A stretch of 64,000 bases of DNA from Opitutaceae bacterium (lineage in GTDB: Bacteria; Verrucomicrobiota; Verrucomicrobiia; Opitutales; Coraliomargaritaceae), in the NCBI GenBank assembly GCA_051252375.1, contig JBPOFY010000009.1:32001-96000 (forward strand), written 5' to 3'. Positions 45,618 to 55,469 of this stretch are shown piece after piece (the first letter of the stretch is position 1; every line of letters starts with the position of its first letter). The notes under the pieces were generated by a model, which worked only from the letters and a program-made list of their open reading frames with translations, was not told the origin of the DNA and made no database searches. Position numbers and translations under genes: made by a program.

Positions 45618-48600
45618 ATGAAAACTCCAATCACCTCAGTTCGATTTTGTCTCTTGGTATTTCTGTTCACGCTGATGGCGTGGCCGTTGAGTGCGAAGGA
45701 GGCGGTTTATAATGTAGACTCGCTCTCGCTTGACGGTGGTGCCGATCCGAAAGGAGGGCGGATTGTGATCACGGCGAACCTTGGCGATCCCGCCGGTAAG
45801 CCCGAAGAGAAGCAACTGATCTACGCCGCAGATGTGCAGAGCACTGTGCAAGTCGCTTCGAAGGAGATCGTGCAAACAACACAGCTCATTGCTTCGGTGA
45901 AACATGGCACGCTGGAAGAGATCGATCTCGCGATCAATGGGGATATCGAAATTCAATCTGTAACCGGCGCAAACGTGAAGGCATGGAGTCTTCAGCAGCC
46001 CATCAGTGTGAATGCGAAAGAAGCGACGCCCATGAAGCGCTTGATCATCACCTTGCTGAAGCCGATCGAAAAGGGGACTGCCGAATGCACGATCACTGCG
46101 ACCAAGCAAATCGAGAAATTGCGCGCACGAGTTAGCCCGCTATTCTTTACACCTAAGGCGGAGAACTTCCTCAGTGGTGGAATCAAAGTGCTAGGCAGTG
46201 AAGATGTTCGCATGACTGTCGTAAATGCTGCAGGTCTGGAGCAGCTAGGTGAGAAGAATGAGGACGTGTTGATCTACGCGGTTGCCGCTGAAGCGCAGTC
46301 GCTAGCTTTGCATGTTAATCATCGTGCGAACCCAGTAGTTACGTTTAATAATTTTCAACTCAAGGGGAACTATGAGGCGGAACGTTTCAGCTTTGTGCTG
46401 ACAGGTGTGCTCGATGCGAGTGCGGAACGTGAATACACTTTGAACCTTTTGTCAGGCGCTGCCGCGCTGACCGCCGCACCAGTGGTCGAAGGTGGCGAAG
46501 TCATTCTAGTTGACGGCAAATACGCGCTACGTCTTCCGGGCAAGGGTAGTTATCCTGTCCGCCTAGAATTCGATGCGGCAGTGACCACTTTTAAAGGATT
46601 GAGTCAGGTGAAGTTTGATCTGCTCAATGCGGCCTTGCAACCCGTTGAGCTCAGTGGAATGCCGGTCGCTAAGAACCGAATCCAGCTGAATGGTGCTCCA
46701 CTAGATGGCAGTGGCAAAACACTGCGAGGCAGTTTAAATGGCGATGGTCTGTTTTACCTTAGCTGGAACGATCCAACTTGGAAAAGCCCAGCCATGGGAA
46801 AAGCTGCCTTGTTTTATTCAGTGGAAAACACCACTCAAGTCGTGGTCAGCTCAGGACTGCTTTCGCAGAATCATGATTTTGACGTTAATATCATGCAGGG
46901 CTCGATGGATCGTCTAGTCTTTGATATTGAAGGCGAGGGTGAGATCACTCGTGTGACCAGCGAGGGCGTTCTCAAATGGGAGGTTGTCAAAGAAAATGGC
47001 CATAGCGCACTCGTGCTGGATCTGAATCGTCAGTATGAGGGTGAGCTAGTTCTCCGCATTCTGAGTCAACAAGCCTTGAAGGCATTGCCTTCCGACGCAG
47101 AGCCCATGCGACTCATTCCGCGTGATGCAATTCACTACGCAGGCTTTGTCCGTATCGTTAATAAGGGTGCCGTCTCAATTGATGTGCCTAGCTCTAAGGG
47201 CTTCGCGCAGATTTCCCCTGAGTTTTTTCAAGCAACACGCGATGTCATCGCCGGCAGCGGCCAACAGCTAACATATCGTTTTTCAGATGCTAACTTCAGT
47301 TACACCGTGCGGGCAGAGGATATCTTGCCGGATGTATCAGTGTCACAGATTCTGCTCTACAACGTCGGTTCTGAGGACCAAAGCCTGATTGCGGAGATGG
47401 AGTTGACGATCCGTGAAGCACCATTGCGCGATTTCTTTATCCGCATTCCGGAGGGTTACGCTTTGTCCAACCTCAAGGCAAACTCGCTGGCAGATTATTT
47501 CCTCGTCGAAGATTCTGGTGAGGGCCGTCAACTAAGACTCGTATTCGGTCAGCCTCTTTCCGGTCGACAAGTAATACGTGCCGAGTTCGAAGACAACCGA
47601 AAGCTCGAACCTGGCTCGTGGACCTTGCCTGTTTTTGAGGCACTTAACGTTAAGAGCACACGCGGTCACATCGGTGTGAGTGTTGAGCCAGGCTTACGCG
47701 CTTCGATTGATACGATTGATGGATTGAGCGAGCAAGCGGTTAACTTTTTCCCGAAAGAAGTGAAGCAATTACAAGTCGCGCTACGCATGCGTGAAGAGGC
47801 TTGGAACGCGATTCTCAATATCGAGCAGTTACCGCAAGCGATTCAAGCAGATGCCTTGCACCTCTACTCAGTTGCAGAAGGGCGTATCTACGGAAGCTCG
47901 ATCATCAATTACTTCATTTCAGGAGCACCTGTATCCGAATTTAAAATACAAGTGCCCGAAGGCATGCAAAACCTCGACTTCGCCGGGCGCGACGTGCGCG
48001 GTTGGTCGGAGTTAGATTCGGGTGTCTATGAGGTCAAGCTACACACACCTGCCTCGGGTGCATACACACTATTAGCGAGTTATGAGTCGCAGTTTGCTGC
48101 GGAAGGCGCGCAAGTTTCCTTTTCAGGAGTGATGCCTCAAGGAGTCGACTCAGAAGAAGGTTATGTCGTGGTGGTGAGTAACTTCCCTTTTGCGGTTGGA
48201 AAGGTCACCGCGAACGACGGTCTACTTCGCTTGGAGCCAGGAGAGATTCCCGGGGATTTCCGCTTGTTGTATGACGCCAAGGAATTGGCCGCTTATCAAT
48301 ACACTACGCGCCCAGTTGATCTGACACTAGAGCTGAGCTCCTATGCTCAAGCCAAGGGCACAGATCAGGTGATTGATTTTGCTGACTTAAAATCACACAT
48401 CTCACGCGATGGTGAAATTTTGACAGCGGTTGACCTCATGCTGAAGAGCAAGGGGCAAACACACTTCCGCATGCAGTTGCCACCAGAGCATCGTATCTGG
48501 TCCGCACGTGTGGCTGGCGATAAAGTGAGTCCTATTGCCGTGGAAGGCGGCATCTTGCTACCACTACCTACAGGGCAAGATCCCAACAGCGCGGTGCGCA

Positions 48601-51600
48601 TCCAAATCGAGCTAGCCGCTCAAGCGCAAAATGCAGCTAAGCCTGTAGTCTTTGCGCCGGCGATGTATGCGCCTTCTTTGTTGGTCAATTGGGAGCTAAC
48701 TTCTGATCCCGGCTTCGGTCTTCGTTATGCGGGGGGCGACATTAGTTCGATTGAAATGAGTTTGCCGGCCTCTGGTTTTGCTTGGTTCCAATCGCTCATT
48801 GGCGGTGAACCTGGCTTTCAGCGCAGAATCTTTGTGCTGATGCTCGTCTGTGGTCTGTTGGCAGTCGCCCTAATGAAATTCCTGATTCGTCGACTGGAGC
48901 AACTCTCTATTTTGAAACGTGCCTTACTTGGGCTAGGCGCTGTCGCTGCGGTCTCTGGTCTCATCTTCTGCGGTCTGCTCATGGGCTGGGGTGGTGTGGT
49001 GCAACAGAATTTGCAGGATACCTTGGTGCTGCGTTCGCCGATTGAATTGTCGACGCAACCGCTTCGTTTGTTGGTCGAGAATCAAGACTACTCAAATATC
49101 AATAAATCCTTAGGTTCACTGTGGCCCTTTGCGTTGGGGCTTGGTCTTTGGATCTACGGTATGGTGAAGTCTGAACGACGTGAGCTCTGTTTGATAGCAG
49201 GTTGGGTGGTCAACTTTCTGGCCGCGCTCAATTATTCCCCGAGTGGTGCGCTCTTCCTGAGCTTTTTAATCCTGTTCTTTATTATCTATACCCTGCGTCC
49301 GATTGGTCGTCGCTATATTCAACGCGCAGGCGGACAGATTGCAGTGCTCGCGTTCTGTTTGCTCGGAGGAATTTTAGCGCCTCAAGGCGAACTCGAAGCG
49401 GTGGATATTGCTGACATGAAGTTTGCCACGGTCGTGAATCAAGATGTTCGAGTGGAAGGTCGCTTTGCTGTGGTTGACGCAGAACTCATGTGGACCGCGG
49501 AAGCGGGTGACCAATTGCCATTTTTGAAGAAAGAGGCGATTTTGATTCAGACAGACAATCTACCTGAAGGGTTGAAGCTCGTTGGGCGGTCCGCTGCGGA
49601 TGCGCTCGCGTATCGATTGGATGCTACGAAAGCAGGATCCTACACTGTGAAGTTTCGCTATCAAGTGAAGCTCGCGGTCGATCCATCTGGTCAGTCTAGT
49701 TTTGAGCTGATGGTGATCAATGCGCTGAGTCGCCAAGCACGTATCGATATTGATGATACGAATATCGTTTTAAATTCAAAGTCCTGTGTGACTGTGAAGT
49801 CCGTTGAATCAAGGGAGCCTCGTCGCTCGGTCTATGAAGTTGTTTTTGCGCCGAATAAGTCTGCTACGGTGGAGTGGAGCCCGAAGCCACGTGACATCAG
49901 CAATGAGACACCAGTTTACCATGTGCAGAGCTATGATGTTTATACACCGCTCTCGGGTCTGATTAGTGGTTATCACCATCACAAGGTTCGCTTGGCGCAG
50001 GGACAGTTGGATAATGTGAAAATCGACGTCCCAGATGGCATGACGATCACCGCAGTCGAAGGCACTGGTTTGACTCAATGGCAATTTGACCCAGAAGGGC
50101 GTGCCTTGTTGCTCTATTACCAGAGCGCACAGACATCCGCTTTTGAGTTGAGCATCTATTCGCAATACAGCTCGGGTGAGTTGCCATATCTCCGCTCGGT
50201 CGAAACCTTGCGCGTCAATGGCGCAGCGAGTCAGCTGAGTATGGTGGCGCTCGCTACTGATGAAGAAGTGCAAGTTGGCTCGGTGAAGACCGAAGATGCC
50301 ACGGTGATGAACCTGGAGGACTTCCCCGCGGACTTCACTGCAAAGCTTTCACACCTCGGACGTGTGCCTGTTTTACGGCGCGCCTTCCGTTGGTCGGAAA
50401 ACGCAGGAGCGCTGGAGCTTCAGGCTTTACCGGTCGAGGCTGATGTTCGGGTGACGACTAAACAAAAACTTTCGCTCGGTGAAGATCGCATTTTGCTGAG
50501 TGCCGAACTTAAAGCTATGATCAACCGCGCGGGTCTCTTCCGTCTAAGCTTATCGATTCCCGAGGACTACGATGTGGAGTCGGTCTCCGGTCAGCACTTG
50601 AGTCATTGGAATGAACTCACGGCAAAGGATGGTTCTCGTATGCTGCAATTACATCTTCGTGGGAAGACGATCGGAGAAACTTCGCTCGCAATTAGTCTTT
50701 CCGGAGCCGGGCTCGGTGATCGCTCGGACTTCGTGCCACCGATTTTGAAGCTTGAGGAAACGGATCGTCAAAGTGGCACCTTGGTGCTGGTTCCGGAACT
50801 GGGCTATCGACTCACCACCACTGATCGAAAGGGCGCGCTGCAACTCGATCCTGCGGATGCTGGGATGTCGCGTCAGAAGTTGATGCTGTTCCGCATCTTG
50901 AATGAAAACGCAGCACTCGCCTTTACTGTCGAGCGTGTCGAACCGTGGATTGAAGTCGAGAAGGTGCAAGCGGTGACGGTGCGCAGCGGTATGGTCGATG
51001 TGAAGGCTCGCTTTAACTTCTCGGTAGAAAATGCCGGTATTCGTGAGCAGGCATTCAGCGTTCCTGAGAATGCTATTGGCGTGCAGTTTTCTGGCGAAGC
51101 GGTGACAGATCATCAGAAGAGTGCGGATGGCACATGGTTGGTTAAAATGAATCGCAAAGTGGTGGGTGCATTTACCGTTGAGCTGTCCTACCAAATGCCG
51201 ACTCCAGACCAGCCCTTGAGTGTCGAGGTGCAAAACGCACAAGCGGTCGGCGTCGATCAAGAGTCCGGCTACCTGGTATTGATCCCGCAAGGTCGCCTGC
51301 AACTGGCTCCAGCTGATTACGGCATGGCATTGCAAAATGCAGAGGCGCAAATGATCAGCTCGAAATTGAGCGGAGATCTTTCGATCAAAGCGGCTTCGCA
51401 TGTGTATCGAGTTTTACAACCAGAGCATCGCTTGAATGTAAATGTGCTACGCCACGAAATCGCAGAGCTCGTGCCAGCACAGGTGCGCGATGTTGAACTG
51501 ACCTCGGTTATTTCGGGGAAGGGCGCGATGTTGACGAAGGTCACTTTGAAGCTCGATCCGGGTGATAAGCGTATGTTGCGCATCACATTGCCAGAAGCTA

Positions 51601-52550
51601 GTGAGTTCTGGTTCGGCTTTGTGAATCAACAGAGCGCATGGCCTTGGCGTGAAGCGGGCGACGTGCTTCTACAACTTGAAGCCAGCGCGATTGAAGGCGA
51701 AGACAGTGTGGTTGAGTTTTTCTACTCCACCGAGTCTGTGGCGGATGATTCACGTAAACTACGTGCTAGCTTGCATGGTCCAAAACTCGATCTGCCATTG
51801 GAACACATTTCATGGTCGATCTATTATCCCGAAACATGGGAAATTGAGAAGTGGGGCGGCAACATGACGCAAGATCGTGGTGAACAGTGGCACTCTAGCT
51901 ATTCCGACATCAAGGGCTACATTCAGTCCGAACAAGAAAGCCGTAAGAAGCAAAAGGTTGTGGCTGAAACATTATTGAACGAAGCGAACACCTTGCTTGG
52001 ACAAGGCAAGCAAGAGCAAGCGCGTCAGGCTTTCAACTCCGCGTATAATCTCTCGCAATTTGATGCGGCGCTCAATGAAGACGCTCGGGTGCAATTGAAG
52101 AACGTCCGCGAAGAACAGGCATTGGTGGCTCTTGCGAATCGTCGCAACAGCTTTATCAATGATAACGGGATCTCGCAGCAGGGCGCGGTTGAAAATCAAT
52201 ACGTGACCATCGACGATAGCAAATTGCTCAACTATACCGATCAGACCGTGAAGGATGTCTTAGGCGGCAATAGTGAGGAAGAAAACAGCACGCTTCGTTT
52301 GCTAGCCACTCGTTTGATCGATCAACAGCAAGCGGTCTTGGGCACACCTCAAGCGATCCAAACTTTACTTCCAGAACAGGGTAAAACAGTGAGTTTCTCT
52401 CGCTCACTTCAGATCAATGATAGAGCAGACTTGGTAATCGAACTCAAAGGCAAGCGTAGCACGCCAGCCGGGCAAGCAGGTATCGGCATTGGCATGATTC
52501 TGCTACTTCTCATTATGGTCGGTGGTGTCTCGTATCTGTCTAAGGATTAA
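45618..52550 (+). CDS. Giant membrane protein of unknown function with degenerate beta-rich repeats (2310 aa)
   Basis: Signal peptide, recurring ~170 aa units, a central multi-TM block and a C-terminal TM anchor. Confidence 0.85.
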   Translation: MKTPITSVRFCLLVFLFTLMAWPLSAKEAVYNVDSLSLDGGADPKGGRIVITANLGDPAGKPEEKQLIYAADVQSTVQVASKEIVQTTQLIASVKHGTLEEIDLAINGDIEIQSVTGANVKAWSLQQPISVNAKEATPMKRLIITLLKPIEKGTAECTITATKQIEKLRARVSPLFFTPKAENFLSGGIKVLGSEDVRMTVVNAAGLEQLGEKNEDVLIYAVAAEAQSLALHVNHRANPVVTFNNFQLKGNYEAERFSFVLTGVLDASAEREYTLNLLSGAAALTAAPVVEGGEVILVDGKYALRLPGKGSYPVRLEFDAAVTTFKGLSQVKFDLLNAALQPVELSGMPVAKNRIQLNGAPLDGSGKTLRGSLNGDGLFYLSWNDPTWKSPAMGKAALFYSVENTTQVVVSSGLLSQNHDFDVNIMQGSMDRLVFDIEGEGEITRVTSEGVLKWEVVKENGHSALVLDLNRQYEGELVLRILSQQALKALPSDAEPMRLIPRDAIHYAGFVRIVNKGAVSIDVPSSKGFAQISPEFFQATRDVIAGSGQQLTYRFSDANFSYTVRAEDILPDVSVSQILLYNVGSEDQSLIAEMELTIREAPLRDFFIRIPEGYALSNLKANSLADYFLVEDSGEGRQLRLVFGQPLSGRQVIRAEFEDNRKLEPGSWTLPVFEALNVKSTRGHIGVSVEPGLRASIDTIDGLSEQAVNFFPKEVKQLQVALRMREEAWNAILNIEQLPQAIQADALHLYSVAEGRIYGSSIINYFISGAPVSEFKIQVPEGMQNLDFAGRDVRGWSELDSGVYEVKLHTPASGAYTLLASYESQFAAEGAQVSFSGVMPQGVDSEEGYVVVVSNFPFAVGKVTANDGLLRLEPGEIPGDFRLLYDAKELAAYQYTTRPVDLTLELSSYAQAKGTDQVIDFADLKSHISRDGEILTAVDLMLKSKGQTHFRMQLPPEHRIWSARVAGDKVSPIAVEGGILLPLPTGQDPNSAVRIQIELAAQAQNAAKPVVFAPAMYAPSLLVNWELTSDPGFGLRYAGGDISSIEMSLPASGFAWFQSLIGGEPGFQRRIFVLMLVCGLLAVALMKFLIRRLEQLSILKRALLGLGAVAAVSGLIFCGLLMGWGGVVQQNLQDTLVLRSPIELSTQPLRLLVENQDYSNINKSLGSLWPFALGLGLWIYGMVKSERRELCLIAGWVVNFLAALNYSPSGALFLSFLILFFIIYTLRPIGRRYIQRAGGQIAVLAFCLLGGILAPQGELEAVDIADMKFATVVNQDVRVEGRFAVVDAELMWTAEAGDQLPFLKKEAILIQTDNLPEGLKLVGRSAADALAYRLDATKAGSYTVKFRYQVKLAVDPSGQSSFELMVINALSRQARIDIDDTNIVLNSKSCVTVKSVESREPRRSVYEVVFAPNKSATVEWSPKPRDISNETPVYHVQSYDVYTPLSGLISGYHHHKVRLAQGQLDNVKIDVPDGMTITAVEGTGLTQWQFDPEGRALLLYYQSAQTSAFELSIYSQYSSGELPYLRSVETLRVNGAASQLSMVALATDEEVQVGSVKTEDATVMNLEDFPADFTAKLSHLGRVPVLRRAFRWSENAGALELQALPVEADVRVTTKQKLSLGEDRILLSAELKAMINRAGLFRLSLSIPEDYDVESVSGQHLSHWNELTAKDGSRMLQLHLRGKTIGETSLAISLSGAGLGDRSDFVPPILKLEETDRQSGTLVLVPELGYRLTTTDRKGALQLDPADAGMSRQKLMLFRILNENAALAFTVERVEPWIEVEKVQAVTVRSGMVDVKARFNFSVENAGIREQAFSVPENAIGVQFSGEAVTDHQKSADGTWLVKMNRKVVGAFTVELSYQMPTPDQPLSVEVQNAQAVGVDQESGYLVLIPQGRLQLAPADYGMALQNAEAQMISSKLSGDLSIKAASHVYRVLQPEHRLNVNVLRHEIAELVPAQVRDVELTSVISGKGAMLTKVTLKLDPGDKRMLRITLPEASEFWFGFVNQQSAWPWREAGDVLLQLEASAIEGEDSVVEFFYSTESVADDSRKLRASLHGPKLDLPLEHISWSIYYPETWEIEKWGGNMTQDRGEQWHSSYSDIKGYIQSEQESRKKQKVVAETLLNEANTLLGQGKQEQARQAFNSAYNLSQFDAALNEDARVQLKNVREEQALVALANRRNSFINDNGISQQGAVENQYVTIDDSKLLNYTDQTVKDVLGGNSEEENSTLRLLATRLIDQQQAVLGTPQAIQTLLPEQGKTVSFSRSLQINDRADLVIELKGKRSTPAGQAGIGIGMILLLLIMVGGVSYLSKD

Positions 52551-52560
52551 ATCATTTTGC

Positions 52561-52635
52561 GGTAGGGACGCCTGCCCCTAGGCGTCCTCGGTCCTTTCCT
52601 ACTGCCAAGGACGCCTGAGGGCAGGCGTCCCTACC
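52561..52635. repeat. REP doublet (REPIN), family A
   Basis: GGTAGGGACGCCTGCCCCTAGGCGTCC...GGACGCCTGAGGGCAGGCGTCCCTACC. Confidence 0.9.
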
Positions 52636-52656
52636 TGTTTAATCGATTACTTCTGC

Positions 52657-54666
52657 TTGCCTCGAGCTGCATATAACGTCTTTTCTCTATGCAGATTGAA
52701 TGTAACTAAAATAGTCTTCTGCTTATTTGCCGCCCTGTCTTTGCAGTTCATGGGCTTGGCTCATGCCGATGAGTTGCCTGATTTTTCTAAAACCAAACTT
52801 CGGGATTTAGAGCATAGAAAGCTGGAAATTCAGGATACACTGAACGGTTTAGCCATCCCAAGTTTAAATAGTGGTGTCGGTGCTGTTGGTTATCGTTCGC
52901 TGAGCTATGAAGACCCTGAGCACGAAGAATGGGTCCAGGTGGATCTATTGGAATCCGGGAAAGTGGATGCGATTGTTCTGGTGCCGACCTTATGGCGAGA
53001 TACCCAACTTGGGTTCATTGCGGACAATGTCCCCGATGAATTTAGATTAGTCGCCGGAACGAAAAAGCATCCAGAGGGGGAAATCATCTACGAGCACAGC
53101 GTGGCGAAGAACGCTTTAATCGGAATCGCCCCCTTGTTCATACCCGTTTCTAGAGATGAAGTATCTTGGGTGCGTGTGGAAGTGAGTCGTTTAGCTGCGC
53201 GGCATTTCGATGGGCGCTATATTTTTCAACTGTCGGAGTTAATGGTGTTTGATGGCGATGTGAACCGCGCTCTTCGAAAGCCGGTGTCTTCGTCTTGGAG
53301 AGTTGATGAGAGTGCCTCATGGAATGGGACGGTCTTGGTAGATGGCGTTTTGCCCTATTTAATGAATTCTGCGACAGGCGAGCAGAGTCGCGCTTATGTC
53401 AGTCCTGTTGGCGTTGGAGAAAAGCCTTCGATCACGATTGATCTAGGGAAAATACACGAAGTTGATGGCTTGCGGCTATACGCGGCGGATCAAAGCGACA
53501 CGGTGCCTGCGGCTAATGCTGGTGAGTTTGGGCTACCGGAGCACTTCATTCTTGAAGGAGCCAATAAGGAAGACTTTTCCGATGCATCCCTTCTCGTCGA
53601 AGGCAAAATGCAGAGCATCTTCGAGATGGGGCCGATTCTTAGTTGGAACTTTCCGGTTCAAAAAGTCCGTTACGTGAGAGTGACGGCTTTGGTTCCTTTT
53701 TTATATTCCGGTCGAGTAGAAGGCACACGTATTAGCTTTACTGAAATTGAAATATTGAGTCAGGGGAAGAATCTCGCGAAGGGTAAACCCGTCTCAGCAA
53801 GTTTCGATATTACGACAACAAGGCAACCGATTTCCACGCTTACGGATGGCAGGAATTTGTATGGCGATATTTTGCCGCAACGAGAGTGGCTTGAGCAATT
53901 GACTTTCCGCCATAAATTGGAGCAAGAGTTAGCGGCATTGGAGTTGGAATTAGATAGTCGATACGTATTTCAGAAGAAAATGTTACGGCTAGTGATCATA
54001 CTCGCGGTCTGCCTTCTGCTGATTATCGTCTTCTCCATTCCTTATTATCGTATGCGTAGTTTGCGTAATGAAGTGAATATACGTGAGCGAATTGCAGCTA
54101 ATCTGCATGATGAATTAGGCGCGAATCTGCATGCCATCGGTATGTTGGGTGATGTGGCTGAACGCTCTATCGAGTCACCGGGGCGTTTGATCGAAGCAGT
54201 TCGCCGAATTCGCGGTTTAACTGAGCGCACTGGCGCAGCAGCTCGCTACTGCACTAACATGCTGGAAGCAAAGTCTATCTGCGAGGACTTGGTCGTCGAA
54301 ATGAAACATGATGCTGCGCGTTTACTCAGTGACCATGAGTATCGAATCATGATTCATGGGGAGGAAGCGCTTCGATTGCTAACCCGTCGCCGGCGGGTCG
54401 ACCTCTATCTCTTCTTTAAGGAATGCCTGACCAATATTAACCGTCATGCTAAAGCGACTAAAGTATATGTTCGTCTCACTGCTACCTCAAGCGAACTGAG
54501 TCTTTCGGTGATTGACAATGGGTTGGGTTACACCGGTGAATTGCCTAAAGCGCTTAGTCGTCGTGCGAGGCTGATGGGTGCAATTGCAGAAGCCCGAACT
54601 ACCTCCCCGCATGGAACACATATTCGCCTCAAACTGAAACTTCGGAAATTCAAATTTTTACCATGA
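52657..54666 (+). CDS. Sensor histidine kinase (HisKA_3) with two extracytoplasmic discoidin/F5-8-type-C-like domains
   Basis: EWVQVDL...NRALRKPV and ITIDLG...RYVRV...NLAKGKPV repeats, a TM, H box RERIAANLHDELG, N box KECLTNINRHA, DNG. The start may lie slightly downstream. Confidence 0.88.
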   Translation: MPRAAYNVFSLCRLNVTKIVFCLFAALSLQFMGLAHADELPDFSKTKLRDLEHRKLEIQDTLNGLAIPSLNSGVGAVGYRSLSYEDPEHEEWVQVDLLESGKVDAIVLVPTLWRDTQLGFIADNVPDEFRLVAGTKKHPEGEIIYEHSVAKNALIGIAPLFIPVSRDEVSWVRVEVSRLAARHFDGRYIFQLSELMVFDGDVNRALRKPVSSSWRVDESASWNGTVLVDGVLPYLMNSATGEQSRAYVSPVGVGEKPSITIDLGKIHEVDGLRLYAADQSDTVPAANAGEFGLPEHFILEGANKEDFSDASLLVEGKMQSIFEMGPILSWNFPVQKVRYVRVTALVPFLYSGRVEGTRISFTEIEILSQGKNLAKGKPVSASFDITTTRQPISTLTDGRNLYGDILPQREWLEQLTFRHKLEQELAALELELDSRYVFQKKMLRLVIILAVCLLLIIVFSIPYYRMRSLRNEVNIRERIAANLHDELGANLHAIGMLGDVAERSIESPGRLIEAVRRIRGLTERTGAAARYCTNMLEAKSICEDLVVEMKHDAARLLSDHEYRIMIHGEEALRLLTRRRRVDLYLFFKECLTNINRHAKATKVYVRLTATSSELSLSVIDNGLGYTGELPKALSRRARLMGAIAEARTTSPHGTHIRLKLKLRKFKFLP

Positions 54667-55325
54667 ACAAATCTATCAAAATAATGCTCATCGAAGACAA
54701 CCGCGAGTTTCGGGATGTGATCGAATTCTCGCTTGCCGATGAGGCTGACATGGAGGTGGTTAGCCAATACGGTTCCGCTGAGTTCGCGCTTCGTGTTATT
54801 AAAGATCGTCCAAATACAGGTATTCCGGATGTGATCTTGCTGGATCTGCAATTGACTGGAATGAATGGTCTCGATGCTATCCCGCGTTTCCTGGAGATTC
54901 TGCCGAAGGTGCAGATTATTATTCTCAGCCAGTCGGACAACGAGAGGGATGTGTTGGCAGCGATTGCTACGGGTGCTTCCGGCTACCTGTTGAAGTCATC
55001 GACTGTCGCGCAGGTCATCGAAGGCATTCGGATCGTGATGAGTGGGGGTTCTTCTATCGATCCCTCTGTAGCTATTTATTTGTTGAAAAAACTGCGTGTC
55101 GCATCACCGAGCGATGTGACTGGAGGGATTCTTACCGAGCGTGAGCTCGAGATTTTGAATTTGTTGGCAGAAGGTTTAGTAAAAAAGGAAATCTCGGATC
55201 AATTGGGTATTACCTATCGAACGGTCGATACCCATGTGAGGCATATCTACGAAAAGCTGGATGTGCGAAATGGTCCTGCGGCGGTCAACATGGCATACAA
55301 GCTCGGCTTGTTTCGAAATAGCTAG
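54663..55325 (+). CDS. NarL/FixJ family response regulator
   Basis: LIED, DVILLDL, GYLLK, and LuxR HTH LTERELEIL...TVDTHVRHIYEKL. Confidence 0.95.
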   Translation: MNKSIKIMLIEDNREFRDVIEFSLADEADMEVVSQYGSAEFALRVIKDRPNTGIPDVILLDLQLTGMNGLDAIPRFLEILPKVQIIILSQSDNERDVLAAIATGASGYLLKSSTVAQVIEGIRIVMSGGSSIDPSVAIYLLKKLRVASPSDVTGGILTERELEILNLLAEGLVKKEISDQLGITYRTVDTHVRHIYEKLDVRNGPAAVNMAYKLGLFRNS

Positions 55326-55370
55326 ATTGCAGCATTAAGCCAGTCGACAGGCACAAAACACGTGCATTTC

Positions 55371-55414
55371 TCGCGAATACGCGCGATGTGCATGATCTGC
55401 TATTTTGATATACT
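55371..55414 (+). promoter_or_regulatory. TCGCG-N6-CGCGATG operator plus extended -10 (TGaTATACT)
   Basis: Palindrome at 55371-55386, with TATACT beginning 22 nt after it; the same layout recurs at 63728. Confidence 0.7.
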
Positions 55415-55469
55415 GTTCGTTTCAATCTAGTGCCGCTGCATCGTCTGTGTGGTGGTGATTCAATATCCT

